18,383 nt of DNA from Promethearchaeota archaeon (GTDB lineage Archaea > Asgardarchaeota > Lokiarchaeia > Sigyniarchaeales > SOKP01). The notes beneath the pieces are model-generated. The model had not been told where the DNA came from, ran no database searches, and saw nothing but the letters and a program-made list of their open reading frames with translations. The translations under genes and the position numbers were made by a program. The stretch spans positions 1 to 18,383 of the forward strand of contig SHMW01000086.1 of NCBI GenBank assembly GCA_008080735.1, written 5' to 3'. Below, piece by piece: positions 8,342 to 17,275 of the stretch; position 1 is the first letter of the stretch, and each line of letters begins with the position of its first letter.

Positions 8342-8740
8342 TTAAAAAGAGTCTACTTTGGTTTTTTTTTTTGCTTCATATTTATTTATTGCATCTCGAA
8401 GACCATCGCTTGCTAGATTACTACAATGCATCTTAGCTTCGGGGAGACCATCTAAAGCTGCGGCGATATCTTCCCGAGTGATTCTTGAGGCTGTTTGGAG
8501 CTTTTTTCCCTTCGCTAATTCTGTTAAGATACTCGATGTAGCAATCGCTGCAGCACATCCAAAGGTTTGGAATTTTATGTCTTCTAAAAATTCCTCACCA
8601 TTCTTTTCGCCAACTTTAATATAAATATAGGTGATATCCCCGCAAACGGGATTTCCCGCTTCACCAATAGCACTCGGATTATCTAATTCACCCATATTTT
8701 TTGGGTTTTTAAAATGATCCATCACTTTATCTGAATAAAT
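8342..8740 (-). CDS. iscU: Fe-S cluster scaffold protein IscU/NifU-N (start uncertain: ATT 8740 or GTG 8725)
   Basis: DHFKNPKNMG, GNPVCGD, FQTFGCAAAIATSS, LPEAKMHCSNL with all three Cys and the His ligand; in-frame YSDK lies upstream of the GTG. Confidence 0.93.
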   Translation of the reverse strand: MYSDKVMDHFKNPKNMGELDNPSAIGEAGNPVCGDITYIYIKVGEKNGEEFLEDIKFQTFGCAAAIATSSILTELAKGKKLQTASRITREDIAAALDGLPEAKMHCSNLASDGLRDAINKYEAKKKTKVDSF

Positions 8741-8975
8741 TTTGAAAGCCTCGCTAAAGTCTCAATAATTATTCCTTTAAGTTACTAAAAGAAGGGAAAA
8801 ATAAAACAAAAAATTTTCTAATTGACTAATTCAAAATTTAATGTGTAAAATTTTTCATTAAAATTTTCACTTAGGAGCCTTCAGAATTTAAAATTAAAAA
8901 GTATCATTTTTAAATAGCACAATAAATTTCTATTATCATTCCTTTCATTAAATAATTACAAGAGAGTGAGCGCCT

Positions 8976-10121
8976 ATGGAAAAAATTAAAATTGGAATCT
9001 GTGGAATCGGAAATTGTGCCAGTAGTTTAGTTCAGGGCATTGAATATTATAAAAACAAAAAACCGGAGCATGCGATTGGGTTAATGCACTGGGTTATTCA
9101 CAATTATACTCCAAGAGATATAGAAATAACTTGTGCATTTGATATTGATAAAAGAAAAGTTGGAAAAGATGTATCTGAAGCTATTTTTTCTAAACCTAAT
9201 TGTTCTAAGACAATTTGCGAAAATATCCCCCATATGAATGTGGAGGTAAAAATGGGAAGGATATTAGATGGTTTTGCCCCTCACATGAAAAATTATGCTG
9301 AAGAATCATCTTTTTTATTAGCAGATGCTGAAGAGCCAACAAAAGAAAAGATTGTCGAAGAATTAACCAAATCGGAATGCGAGGTTTTATTAAATTATCT
9401 GCCTGTTGGGTCTGATAAAGCAGTAAAATTTTATGCAGAATGTGCTCTGAAAGCAAATGTTGGATTCATAAATTGTATGCCTGTTTTTATTGCAAGTGAT
9501 CCCCAATGGGCAAATAAATTCGAGCGGAAAAATATACCAATTATCGGAGATGACATAAAATCTCAACTAGGCGCAACAATCGTCCATAGAGTTCTCACTA
9601 ACCTTTTTAAGAATCGAGGAGTTCACTTAGACCGAACTTATCAATTGAATACTGGAGGGAATACAGACTTTTTGAATATGTTAGACAGAAATCGATTAGC
9701 CTCAAAAAAGACCTCTAAAACGGAAGCAGTCCAATCTCAAACATCTTTGAGGTTAAAAGAAGAAAACATTCATATTGGTCCGAGTGATTGGGTCTCATGG
9801 CAAAAAGACAATAAAATATGCTTTATCCGCATGGAAGGGAGAATTTTTGGAGATATCCCTATAGATCTGGAGCTGAGGCTTTCAGTCCAAGACTCACCGA
9901 ATTCGGCAGGAGTGGTAATAGATGCAATACGTTGTATGAAACTAGCGCTAGATAGAGAACAAGGCGGGATCTTATATGCACCTTCGGCCTTTTTTATGAA
10001 ACACCCTCCGATGCAACTTACCGATGAGCAAGCATTTGAATTAACTGAGGACTATATTAAAGGTGATTTTCAGAAACAAAGTCCAATCGAAATAGAACAA
10101 TATATCAAGAATAATTTATAA
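8976..10121 (+). CDS. ino1: myo-inositol-1-phosphate synthase
   Basis: GIGNCASSLVQG, AFDID, NYLPVGS, GDDIKSQLGAT, YQLNTGGNTDFLNM, SKKTSKT, DSPNSAG. Confidence 0.95.
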   Translation: MEKIKIGICGIGNCASSLVQGIEYYKNKKPEHAIGLMHWVIHNYTPRDIEITCAFDIDKRKVGKDVSEAIFSKPNCSKTICENIPHMNVEVKMGRILDGFAPHMKNYAEESSFLLADAEEPTKEKIVEELTKSECEVLLNYLPVGSDKAVKFYAECALKANVGFINCMPVFIASDPQWANKFERKNIPIIGDDIKSQLGATIVHRVLTNLFKNRGVHLDRTYQLNTGGNTDFLNMLDRNRLASKKTSKTEAVQSQTSLRLKEENIHIGPSDWVSWQKDNKICFIRMEGRIFGDIPIDLELRLSVQDSPNSAGVVIDAIRCMKLALDREQGGILYAPSAFFMKHPPMQLTDEQAFELTEDYIKGDFQKQSPIEIEQYIKNNL

Positions 10122-12521
10122 TTATTGATTCAAAATCATAAGTTTTCGTTCTTGAGGAGTGGAGACTTTTTCTACTCCTAATGTGGTTACATATTTAGCC
10201 ACGTCCACTAACTTTTTAGGACTTTCATGAAAGAAACAGACTTCATCTGGTTCGAGGTTTTTAATCATCTCGGTTAATTGCACCTTATCACCATGAAGCT
10301 TTATTTTAATTTGCGGAGCGAAGGTATTTACTAATAATGCTCTAAAAGGAATTTTCCAAGTTTCTGAAAGTTCAATTATTCTCTCCTCATTTTTCTTGTC
10401 TTCGGGAGGGTGAACTAATGATTCTCCTGGTTCCTCATGAATTGCTCCCGCTAAAAACACAAGATTATGAGGATTCCTCCCAACTACGTTAATAATATTA
10501 CGAATAATTCCATATGAGAGATCTGGTGGATGAGAAATGATGATATTATTTTTCTTTTTTAGAAAGTCCAAATCATCATGACTAAACCACCGAAATTTTA
10601 TGCTATTAAATGGATTAGCTTTATTACGAATTAATCGTGAAATAGGACCGTAAATATATTCATAGCGATGATTTATCACTTGGATATTCTTCCTTACCAT
10701 CATATCCACATAGATATTGGGTCTTTTTTTATAATCGCGTCTAAGTTGTTTTTTACGGAAATGGCGCCAAAAAGTAAGCATAAAACTAATCGCCAAACTT
10801 GAAGGATCCGCTCCGATTAAGGAACTATCTCCGTATTCCGCTTTTTGTTCTAAAAACAAAATCAAGCTGTGAAAATGTTGCGATGGATTACCAAATTCTT
10901 CATACGCATTGGAACCATCAATTAACAAAAAATCCAATGGTTTGGATATTTGATCCAAAAATCTACGCGTGCCTGCGAATGGGGTTATATCGTAATACGT
11001 ATAATCACCAGAATAGAGGAATCGATAATTTCTGGCCTTAACCAGCATCATCAAAGCACCCGGCATATGACCCGCATGAAAAAAGGATAAATAGCAATTT
11101 TTATCTTTGAATTCGATCTTATCGCCATTCTCAACATATATTACATTTTTGACAATATTTCTGTATTCCTCCTCTTCGACTTCATCATGATCTTCTTGTT
11201 TTAAAAAATCGGAATCGCGTAAAAGATAAAGGTCTAAAGTAATTCTCGAGCATAAGATGGGAACATCAGGATGTTTTTTAATGAAGTCTTTTAACCCAGA
11301 TACGTGATCATAGTGAGAATGCGATAAAAACACAGCATCAATTTTGGGTTGGAAATCTGCAACATTTAGGATGATATTTTCTGATTTTTCTGATACTTCA
11401 ATATTTAGTTTGCTTTTTTCGCCTTGGGTTTCGTGAACATCCAGAATTTTTTTACCGTTATCACCTTCAATGTCTTCTTTTTCATTATCAGGGATTTGAT
11501 CTTGACTTTCAGATAAAATTATCTTACTTTTTTGGTCTGTTATAAGTAAATCATTCAAATTTGAAAGATACTCTTCAATATCTTCCAAAAATTCTTCCCC
11601 AATTCCACAATCAAGAAGGATATTTAATTGACCAATTCCCAAAATAATACAATTATGGTTGGGTCTCAGGGCAATTGGGTAAAGGGTTAAACGAATTTTA
11701 TCAGTATCTTTTAGATTTTGTGAGAGAAGGGTGTCTTTAAAGTAATTAGAGTCATATTTTTTATCTATTTTATCAATTGCTAGAGAGATCTCACTTTTAC
11801 CGACCGGTACACCTGTGATATAGAAATACCACCCGTATGCTCTTACTAAGTTTTCTAAATTTTCGTACATTTTATCTCCAATTAGAGATTTGATAACAAT
11901 TACTTTTTCATTTTCATAGTAAATGATTTTTCTAATTGCTTCCTTCTCTTTTTTTGGAATAGATTTATTTTCTGTTAAAAAGTGATTTAGAGTCTGTTTT
12001 ATGTCTTTTTGAGTGATATTGTTTGATTTAATGATATTTAGGTATTTGTGATATTCTTTGGTTTTGTATAGAGGTCGCATGTTTTCTTTTTCTGTTAATT
12101 CAATTTCGAATCCATCAACTTGAAAAATCTCCTCACTTACAACAGTTTCTCCGGATTTAGTTTTTTTCTTTTCCTTATCTCGGTAACGTTTTGTAACAAA
12201 GAAAAACCACCCATATTTCTTAACCAAATCTTCACGCTTCCAAATTATTTCCTTCCCATGGTTAGATTCAACAATTATAATCCTATCTTTTTCGCTATAT
12301 ATAATATTGGTAATTGACTTTAAGGTTGATTCTGAGATTATCTTATTTTTTTCGGAAAAAAAATCATTGACTACCTCCTCAATAGGCTCTTGTTTAATAT
12401 TCTCTTCATCCATCAATTCTAATTTCTCTTTATATGAACGTACTTTAAAAGATGAGGATAATTGGTGTTTTTGTTGGATAGCAATCGTTTGATTATGATA
12501 ATTTATTGATTCCTTTTCCAT
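10122..12521 (-). CDS. Divergent MBL-fold beta-CASP nuclease (CPSF73/aCPSF-like) with extended N-terminus
   Basis: LLDCG; FLSHSHYDH (HxHxDH); HAGHMPGA; YSGD; LLIDGS (motif A-like); KLHGD (motif B-like); FFHE (motif C His). About 270-aa N-terminal extension with an internal repeat. Confidence 0.8.
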   Translation of the reverse strand: MEKESINYHNQTIAIQQKHQLSSSFKVRSYKEKLELMDEENIKQEPIEEVVNDFFSEKNKIISESTLKSITNIIYSEKDRIIIVESNHGKEIIWKREDLVKKYGWFFFVTKRYRDKEKKKTKSGETVVSEEIFQVDGFEIELTEKENMRPLYKTKEYHKYLNIIKSNNITQKDIKQTLNHFLTENKSIPKKEKEAIRKIIYYENEKVIVIKSLIGDKMYENLENLVRAYGWYFYITGVPVGKSEISLAIDKIDKKYDSNYFKDTLLSQNLKDTDKIRLTLYPIALRPNHNCIILGIGQLNILLDCGIGEEFLEDIEEYLSNLNDLLITDQKSKIILSESQDQIPDNEKEDIEGDNGKKILDVHETQGEKSKLNIEVSEKSENIILNVADFQPKIDAVFLSHSHYDHVSGLKDFIKKHPDVPILCSRITLDLYLLRDSDFLKQEDHDEVEEEEYRNIVKNVIYVENGDKIEFKDKNCYLSFFHAGHMPGALMMLVKARNYRFLYSGDYTYYDITPFAGTRRFLDQISKPLDFLLIDGSNAYEEFGNPSQHFHSLILFLEQKAEYGDSSLIGADPSSLAISFMLTFWRHFRKKQLRRDYKKRPNIYVDMMVRKNIQVINHRYEYIYGPISRLIRNKANPFNSIKFRWFSHDDLDFLKKKNNIIISHPPDLSYGIIRNIINVVGRNPHNLVFLAGAIHEEPGESLVHPPEDKKNEERIIELSETWKIPFRALLVNTFAPQIKIKLHGDKVQLTEMIKNLEPDEVCFFHESPKKLVDVAKYVTTLGVEKVSTPQERKLMILNQ

Positions 12522-12705
12522 GATTTAAAATCTGAAAATAATTAATTAGGTATACTTCCTAATTGAATTTAAAAATCGATAACAATAAAATTTAATTATT
12601 CATTGAATTTTAGAAATAAGCAAATTATCTGAATAAAGTGACAGGTTTGAGGATTTAAATACAAACTTTGAGTAGCTTAGTTACTAAACTCCAATCTTTC
12701 TATGA

Positions 12706-12897
12706 TTATCTTCTTTCTGTAAGCACATCTATTTCTGATATCGGAATATAGGTACTATTATTGTATTTATCTTTAAGAACCACTAAATCATCTTCAGTAA
12801 TACGGGTTAGGGTTCCACTGAATTTTTCACTAATATTTTTGATATAGATATAAACATCAACGTCTATAAGTTCATTTAATAATTTTTTTGGGATCAT
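12706..12897 (-). CDS. Small protein with probable Sm/LSm-like fold
   Basis: Short N-terminal helix (PKKLLNELI), then V-x-I-x-I, FSGTL, LVVLKD and YIPISEI strand pattern reminiscent of Sm1/Sm2; recognised by eye only. Confidence 0.55.
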   Translation of the reverse strand: MIPKKLLNELIDVDVYIYIKNISEKFSGTLTRITEDDLVVLKDKYNNSTYIPISEIDVLTERR

Positions 12898-13017
12898 TTT
12901 AAGAAACTCTTATTTTTGTTTAGTATTATCATTTTATTTTCATCCTTATAATTTTTAACTTTTTCATTTATGTTTCAAATTAGTGATGGGAAGGAGATCA
13001 ATAATGAAGGAGAGAAT

Positions 13018-13668
13018 TTAAGAATCAATTGAAAGGTGAGATTTTTTTTTTCTAATCTCCTCTTTTAAGCTATCAATAAGCTTTTCTTTTTCTAAAATGG
13101 TTTCTTCAATATTATAACATAGTTTTTCCAACTCATCACACTTTTTTGCGAATGTGACTTCATATTCAGATTCAGTGGTTTCTATAGGTTTTTCACTGAG
13201 ATCTTTTAATTCTTTAATATTTTTTTGTTTAACTTCTAATTCCTCTTTAAGAAGTCTTATTTCTTCTTCGGTTTTCAAGATATTTTGGATTATTATATCG
13301 TTTTTGTCCATATCAATTAATTCTTCGATTTTTAAGAGATATCTTCTAATCGCGCTTAATTTCAGTTCTCGAGATTCTTCGGCTTTAAAGAACAAAGCAA
13401 TGTTACTTTCTTCTCCGAGCTTTAGTAATATAATTGAAAAAGCCTCTGTTTCACATATTATTTTATTATATTTTTCCAAATCAAATTTTGTTAGATTATA
13501 AATTTGCTTGAAATTCTCAACAATTTGAGCAAAAATCTCTCCGATTTTAGGTATGTTTATGCTTTGATCTAACGTTGTTTCAAATACAATTCCGTTATTA
13601 TAAAACATAATAATATGTGAAACTTCGGGTAAAGCATTTTTAATTCTTTCAATACTTTTAAACACCAT
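13018..13668 (-). CDS. Hypothetical protein: Roadblock/profilin-like N-terminal domain plus C-terminal coiled coil
   Basis: Helix-strand-(NNG)-strand-long helix-three strands pattern in aa 1-95; E/K/L-rich heptads in aa ~125-210; starts 7 nt after the transporter stop. Confidence 0.55.
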   Translation of the reverse strand: MVFKSIERIKNALPEVSHIIMFYNNGIVFETTLDQSINIPKIGEIFAQIVENFKQIYNLTKFDLEKYNKIICETEAFSIILLKLGEESNIALFFKAEESRELKLSAIRRYLLKIEELIDMDKNDIIIQNILKTEEEIRLLKEELEVKQKNIKELKDLSEKPIETTESEYEVTFAKKCDELEKLCYNIEETILEKEKLIDSLKEEIRKKKSHLSIDS

Positions 13669-13675
13669 TATTTTA

Positions 13676-15121
13676 TCACTTTATAATTTTTAATTTCATT
13701 TTTTTTAGAGTAATTAATGTGCCTTCTTTTAGCTTTTTTGGTCCAACCTTCGTCATTAAAAAAATTACTACAATCAATGAAACCGTTAGAAGAAATACAA
13801 TCAAACCGATTTCAGGTCGGAAAATGAGTGTATAGATAATACTCACAATGAATAATTGATAGATAGTCGTGATGAATCCTAATTTAAAAAATTGGTTTAT
13901 AGATATTGGTCGTTTATTCTGTTCTGCGATATTGACTACTAAAATATTATCTCCTAAGGGGGTTAAATTATCACCCCAATTTGCACCGATATCTAACCCT
14001 ATATAAAGTTGCTTTCTTACGGAATCTGAGACTATACTGGGAATCTCACTCACAATGGGAATAAGAACCTTTGTTATGGGAATATTATCAATTGAACTGC
14101 TTAATAAGGCGGATAACCAGAGAACTAAAAGAAATAGGATATAGGTATCAGATCCTCCTAAAAGAGAGACAAAATCTCCTATATAATTAAGTAATCCTGT
14201 AATTTCTAAAGCTCCAGCCATAATAAAGATCCCTAATAGATAAAATATTAATTCTATATCAATCTTTGAAATAATTTCTCTTGGATTCAAGCGGCTAATT
14301 ATGATCAGAATTATTGCCATAGTTAGCGCGATAATATCAGGTGAGATTAATGAAGAGGGAACAAGCAAAAATAAGGCTAATAAGATGACAAGAAAGGTCA
14401 TAGTTTGATATAATAAACGTTTATTTTGGACCACGTTCCACACATTATATTCTTTCAACACACGCAGACCATCTTCTGATATTGTCAATTCACTTTTATA
14501 GAGAAGAATGAAGAAGGCTAATGTAAAAAAGAAGATTATAATCGAAATTAATCCTACCGTAAGGAAAAACTCTAAAAAGCAGATATCTGCATAAGTCGTT
14601 ATTAGAATATTCGGAATTGAGGATATGGAAAAAATCGTCCCACCAATATTTACCAATATTGCTTGGGTTAAAATATATGGAGAGGGATTGATATTAAGAA
14701 TTCTTGAAATTGTAATAGTAAGTGGAATTAGGATGATCACAGTGAGGATATTATTCAAAATTGCAGAAATTAGCAGTGTAACGACACACATAATTATCAT
14801 TAATATAACGGGCTTAGCTTTTGATAATTTAATCATATTAATAGCGATAAACTGAAACATTCCGGCTTCATGTGAAATTTGTACAATAATCATCATCCCA
14901 ATGATTAGAACCAAGGCATGGAGATTTACATAGTCTTCATCTTTACTACTAAATAACAAATCAACGATAATGCTAAAATCATAATTCTCAAGAAAAATTA
15001 ATACAAAATAACAGACGATAGCTCCCGATAATGCTGCAACAGCCCTGTTAAGTCTCTCTGTAATAATCAAGAATATAACTAAGATGAAACTCATTAGAAC
15101 TATGAGAGAACTTATGAACAT
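13676..15121 (-). CDS. ArsB/NhaD/SLC13 (ion-transporter superfamily, P-protein-like) permease
   Basis: Very hydrophobic; SAILNN, NIGGTIFSISSIPNI, SSSIDNIP, GANWGDNLTPLG, ISINQFFKLG. Confidence 0.82.
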   Translation of the reverse strand: MFISSLIVLMSFILVIFLIITERLNRAVAALSGAIVCYFVLIFLENYDFSIIVDLLFSSKDEDYVNLHALVLIIGMMIIVQISHEAGMFQFIAINMIKLSKAKPVILMIIMCVVTLLISAILNNILTVIILIPLTITISRILNINPSPYILTQAILVNIGGTIFSISSIPNILITTYADICFLEFFLTVGLISIIIFFFTLAFFILLYKSELTISEDGLRVLKEYNVWNVVQNKRLLYQTMTFLVILLALFLLVPSSLISPDIIALTMAIILIIISRLNPREIISKIDIELIFYLLGIFIMAGALEITGLLNYIGDFVSLLGGSDTYILFLLVLWLSALLSSSIDNIPITKVLIPIVSEIPSIVSDSVRKQLYIGLDIGANWGDNLTPLGDNILVVNIAEQNKRPISINQFFKLGFITTIYQLFIVSIIYTLIFRPEIGLIVFLLTVSLIVVIFLMTKVGPKKLKEGTLITLKKMKLKIIK

Positions 15122-15174
15122 CGGAAACTTACTTTTTTATATTAATTATGATTTGAATTAATTGTTCGAAATAA

Positions 15175-15196
15175 ATTTTATTGATATCAATAAAAT
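15175..15196. promoter_or_regulatory. Perfect 22-bp palindrome, candidate operator between divergent genes
   Basis: ATTTTATTGATATCAATAAAAT equals its own reverse complement. Confidence 0.5.
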
Positions 15197-15256
15197 GTAA
15201 CCTCTAAATGAGAGAGAGGATAAACCACATATAATTAAAAAAGGTGGCAAATTAGA

Positions 15257-15898
15257 ATGATTGATGAATTCTCTTTTATATTATTCTTGGGGTGTGTGTC
15301 TATATACATTATTCTATTTATAATACGTTCTCGAAATCGTGGGAGTTCAGAACGTTCAACACTCAATTTAATATACAGAAATTGGGTTCAAAATAGGATG
15401 ACCGACGAAAATCTGCTCTATGCTACTCAAGCACTTCGCAATTTTATAATGGGAAACGCAACTTTCATTTCAGGTTTGTTGATATTAGTAGGAATTTTAG
15501 TTGGATTATATAACACGCAAATTTTAAGTTCTGAACCTTTTTGGGGTTTTCAAGAAATAAATATTGGTTTTTTGCAGATGGCTTCAAATCTCGCACTAGT
15601 GTTTTTCTCACTATTCAACTTCATCCTTTCAATTAGGTATATTGTCCGAGTATCTCTTTTATTGACAGGAGATATAAAAAAATACTCGGAAGGAGAATAT
15701 AATGGGATTGATATCGCAAAAAAAGCCTTTATATCGGCTCAAAACCACTGGTTTTTTGGAAATCGGGGATTATTTTTTATTTTTGCAACTCTTTCTTGGT
15801 TAATTGATTCACTCTTTTTCATTCTCGTGATTTTAATTATTACGGTATATCTTGTTGTTTTTCAAGATATATGGGTTGCATCTAAGAAGCACGATTAA
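15257..15898 (+). CDS. DUF599-like membrane protein
   Basis: R..WV, QALRNFIMGNATF and FFGNRGLFF motifs with about 5 hydrophobic segments; AGGTGG SD-like sequence upstream. Confidence 0.7.
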   Translation: MIDEFSFILFLGCVSIYIILFIIRSRNRGSSERSTLNLIYRNWVQNRMTDENLLYATQALRNFIMGNATFISGLLILVGILVGLYNTQILSSEPFWGFQEINIGFLQMASNLALVFFSLFNFILSIRYIVRVSLLLTGDIKKYSEGEYNGIDIAKKAFISAQNHWFFGNRGLFFIFATLSWLIDSLFFILVILIITVYLVVFQDIWVASKKHD

Positions 15899-15902
15899 GT
15901 TT

Positions 15903-17090
15903 TTATTTCTTAAATGGAGAAATCTCTCTCAAACGACTTATAATGGGAGGGAGTTTATCTAAAAAATAATCAATTTCACTTTCCGTGGTAAATCTTCCAA
16001 TAGAGACTCTTAGAGATCCATAAGCATCTTGGTGTGAAAGTCCAATTGCTCTTAGTACGTGGGAGGGGTCGGCTGATTTAGAAGAGCAGGCTGAACCCGT
16101 GGATGCTGCGATTTTTTCTGAGTCGAGATCTAACAATATCGATTCCCCTTCAACAAATCTTATTGTTAAATTTACATTATTAGGAAGCCTTTCTGTGGGA
16201 TGACCGTTAAGAAAACACTCATCAATTCTTTTCTGACATTCGTCTATGATTTTATCTCTTAATCGTTCTTGTCTTTTTGCTTCTCTGGACATTTCTTCCT
16301 TACATATTTCCACTGCTTTGGCAAATCCTACTATACCAGGGACATTTTCTGTACTTGGACGCATATTCTTTTCATGTCCTCCACCAAACATAAGAGGTCG
16401 AATAAAAAGTTCCCCACCATTAATAAATCCTCGATTTCGCATAAATAACATTCCCACTCCTTTTGGGCCATAAATTTTATGGGCACTAGCGGATAATAAA
16501 TCGATATTCATTTGTTCTACATCAATAGGAATCTTACCAAAAGCTTGAACCGCATCTGTGTGAAAAACAATGTCATGATCTTTTGCAATCTCTCCTATTT
16601 CGGATATGGGTTCTATCGTACCGATTTCATTATTCGCGAGCATAACGCTAATTAAAATCGTTTTGGGGGTAATAGATTCTTTTAATTCATCAAGGTCAAC
16701 TAATCCATACTTATCTACAGGTAGGTAAGTTACTTTAAATCCCCTTTTTTCCAATGTTTTACACGGATTTTCTACAGCATGGTGTTCTATTGATGTAGTT
16801 ATTATATGATTTCCCCTAGTTTTATTTTGCATTGCGACTCCTTGGATGGACATATTATCTGCCTCAGTTCCAGATGAGGTAAAAATTATATCTCTTCTAT
16901 CTGCATTTAATAAGGAAGCAATAGGCTCCCGAGATTTATACAACATCTTGGCAGCTTTTTGTCCTATTGAATGTAAACTAGAAGGATTACCATATGTCTC
17001 CTTAAAGTGTTTATGAATAACTTCAATTACTCTGGGATCCATTGGTGTAGTTGCAGCATAATCCAAATACACATCTTCTGATAAGGTCAT
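15903..17090 (-). CDS. iscS: Cysteine desulfurase, group I (IscS/NifS)
   Basis: YLDYAATTP, GNPSS, FTSSGTEADN, IEHHAV, NNEIG, HTDAVQ, SAHKIYGPKG (PLP lysine), STGSACSS (catalytic Cys). Confidence 0.96.
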   Translation of the reverse strand: MTLSEDVYLDYAATTPMDPRVIEVIHKHFKETYGNPSSLHSIGQKAAKMLYKSREPIASLLNADRRDIIFTSSGTEADNMSIQGVAMQNKTRGNHIITTSIEHHAVENPCKTLEKRGFKVTYLPVDKYGLVDLDELKESITPKTILISVMLANNEIGTIEPISEIGEIAKDHDIVFHTDAVQAFGKIPIDVEQMNIDLLSASAHKIYGPKGVGMLFMRNRGFINGGELFIRPLMFGGGHEKNMRPSTENVPGIVGFAKAVEICKEEMSREAKRQERLRDKIIDECQKRIDECFLNGHPTERLPNNVNLTIRFVEGESILLDLDSEKIAASTGSACSSKSADPSHVLRAIGLSHQDAYGSLRVSIGRFTTESEIDYFLDKLPPIISRLREISPFKK

Positions 17091-17275
17091 TTGATTAAGA
17101 TTTTGGTTAATTTAGGAAGCAAATTCTTGAATTTATTCCGTTATAAAAATATAAGGATCAGATATAGATTAATCTTATTTTATTAAAGATGAATATTAAT
17201 ATACAATGAATTCACTTTAAGGAATAATAAATATAAATACATGAAATTTTCTTTACCAATTAGAAGTGATTAGCA

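Noticed and set aside
8362-8372. T11 homopolymer in the iscU 3' end as a phase-variation or frameshift site
   Set aside because: Lies after all conserved residues, so slippage would change only a few terminal amino acids.
8759-8779. Selenocysteine readthrough of the in-frame TGA upstream of iscU
   Set aside because: An in-frame TAA lies five codons further upstream with no start codon in between. The TGA stops of copB and the permease are likewise followed quickly by TAA.
17166-17202. Short palindromes (AGATTAATCT, ATATTAATAT), also TTTTATTAATAAAA at 4860-4873
   Set aside because: Expected by chance in very AT-rich intergenic DNA.
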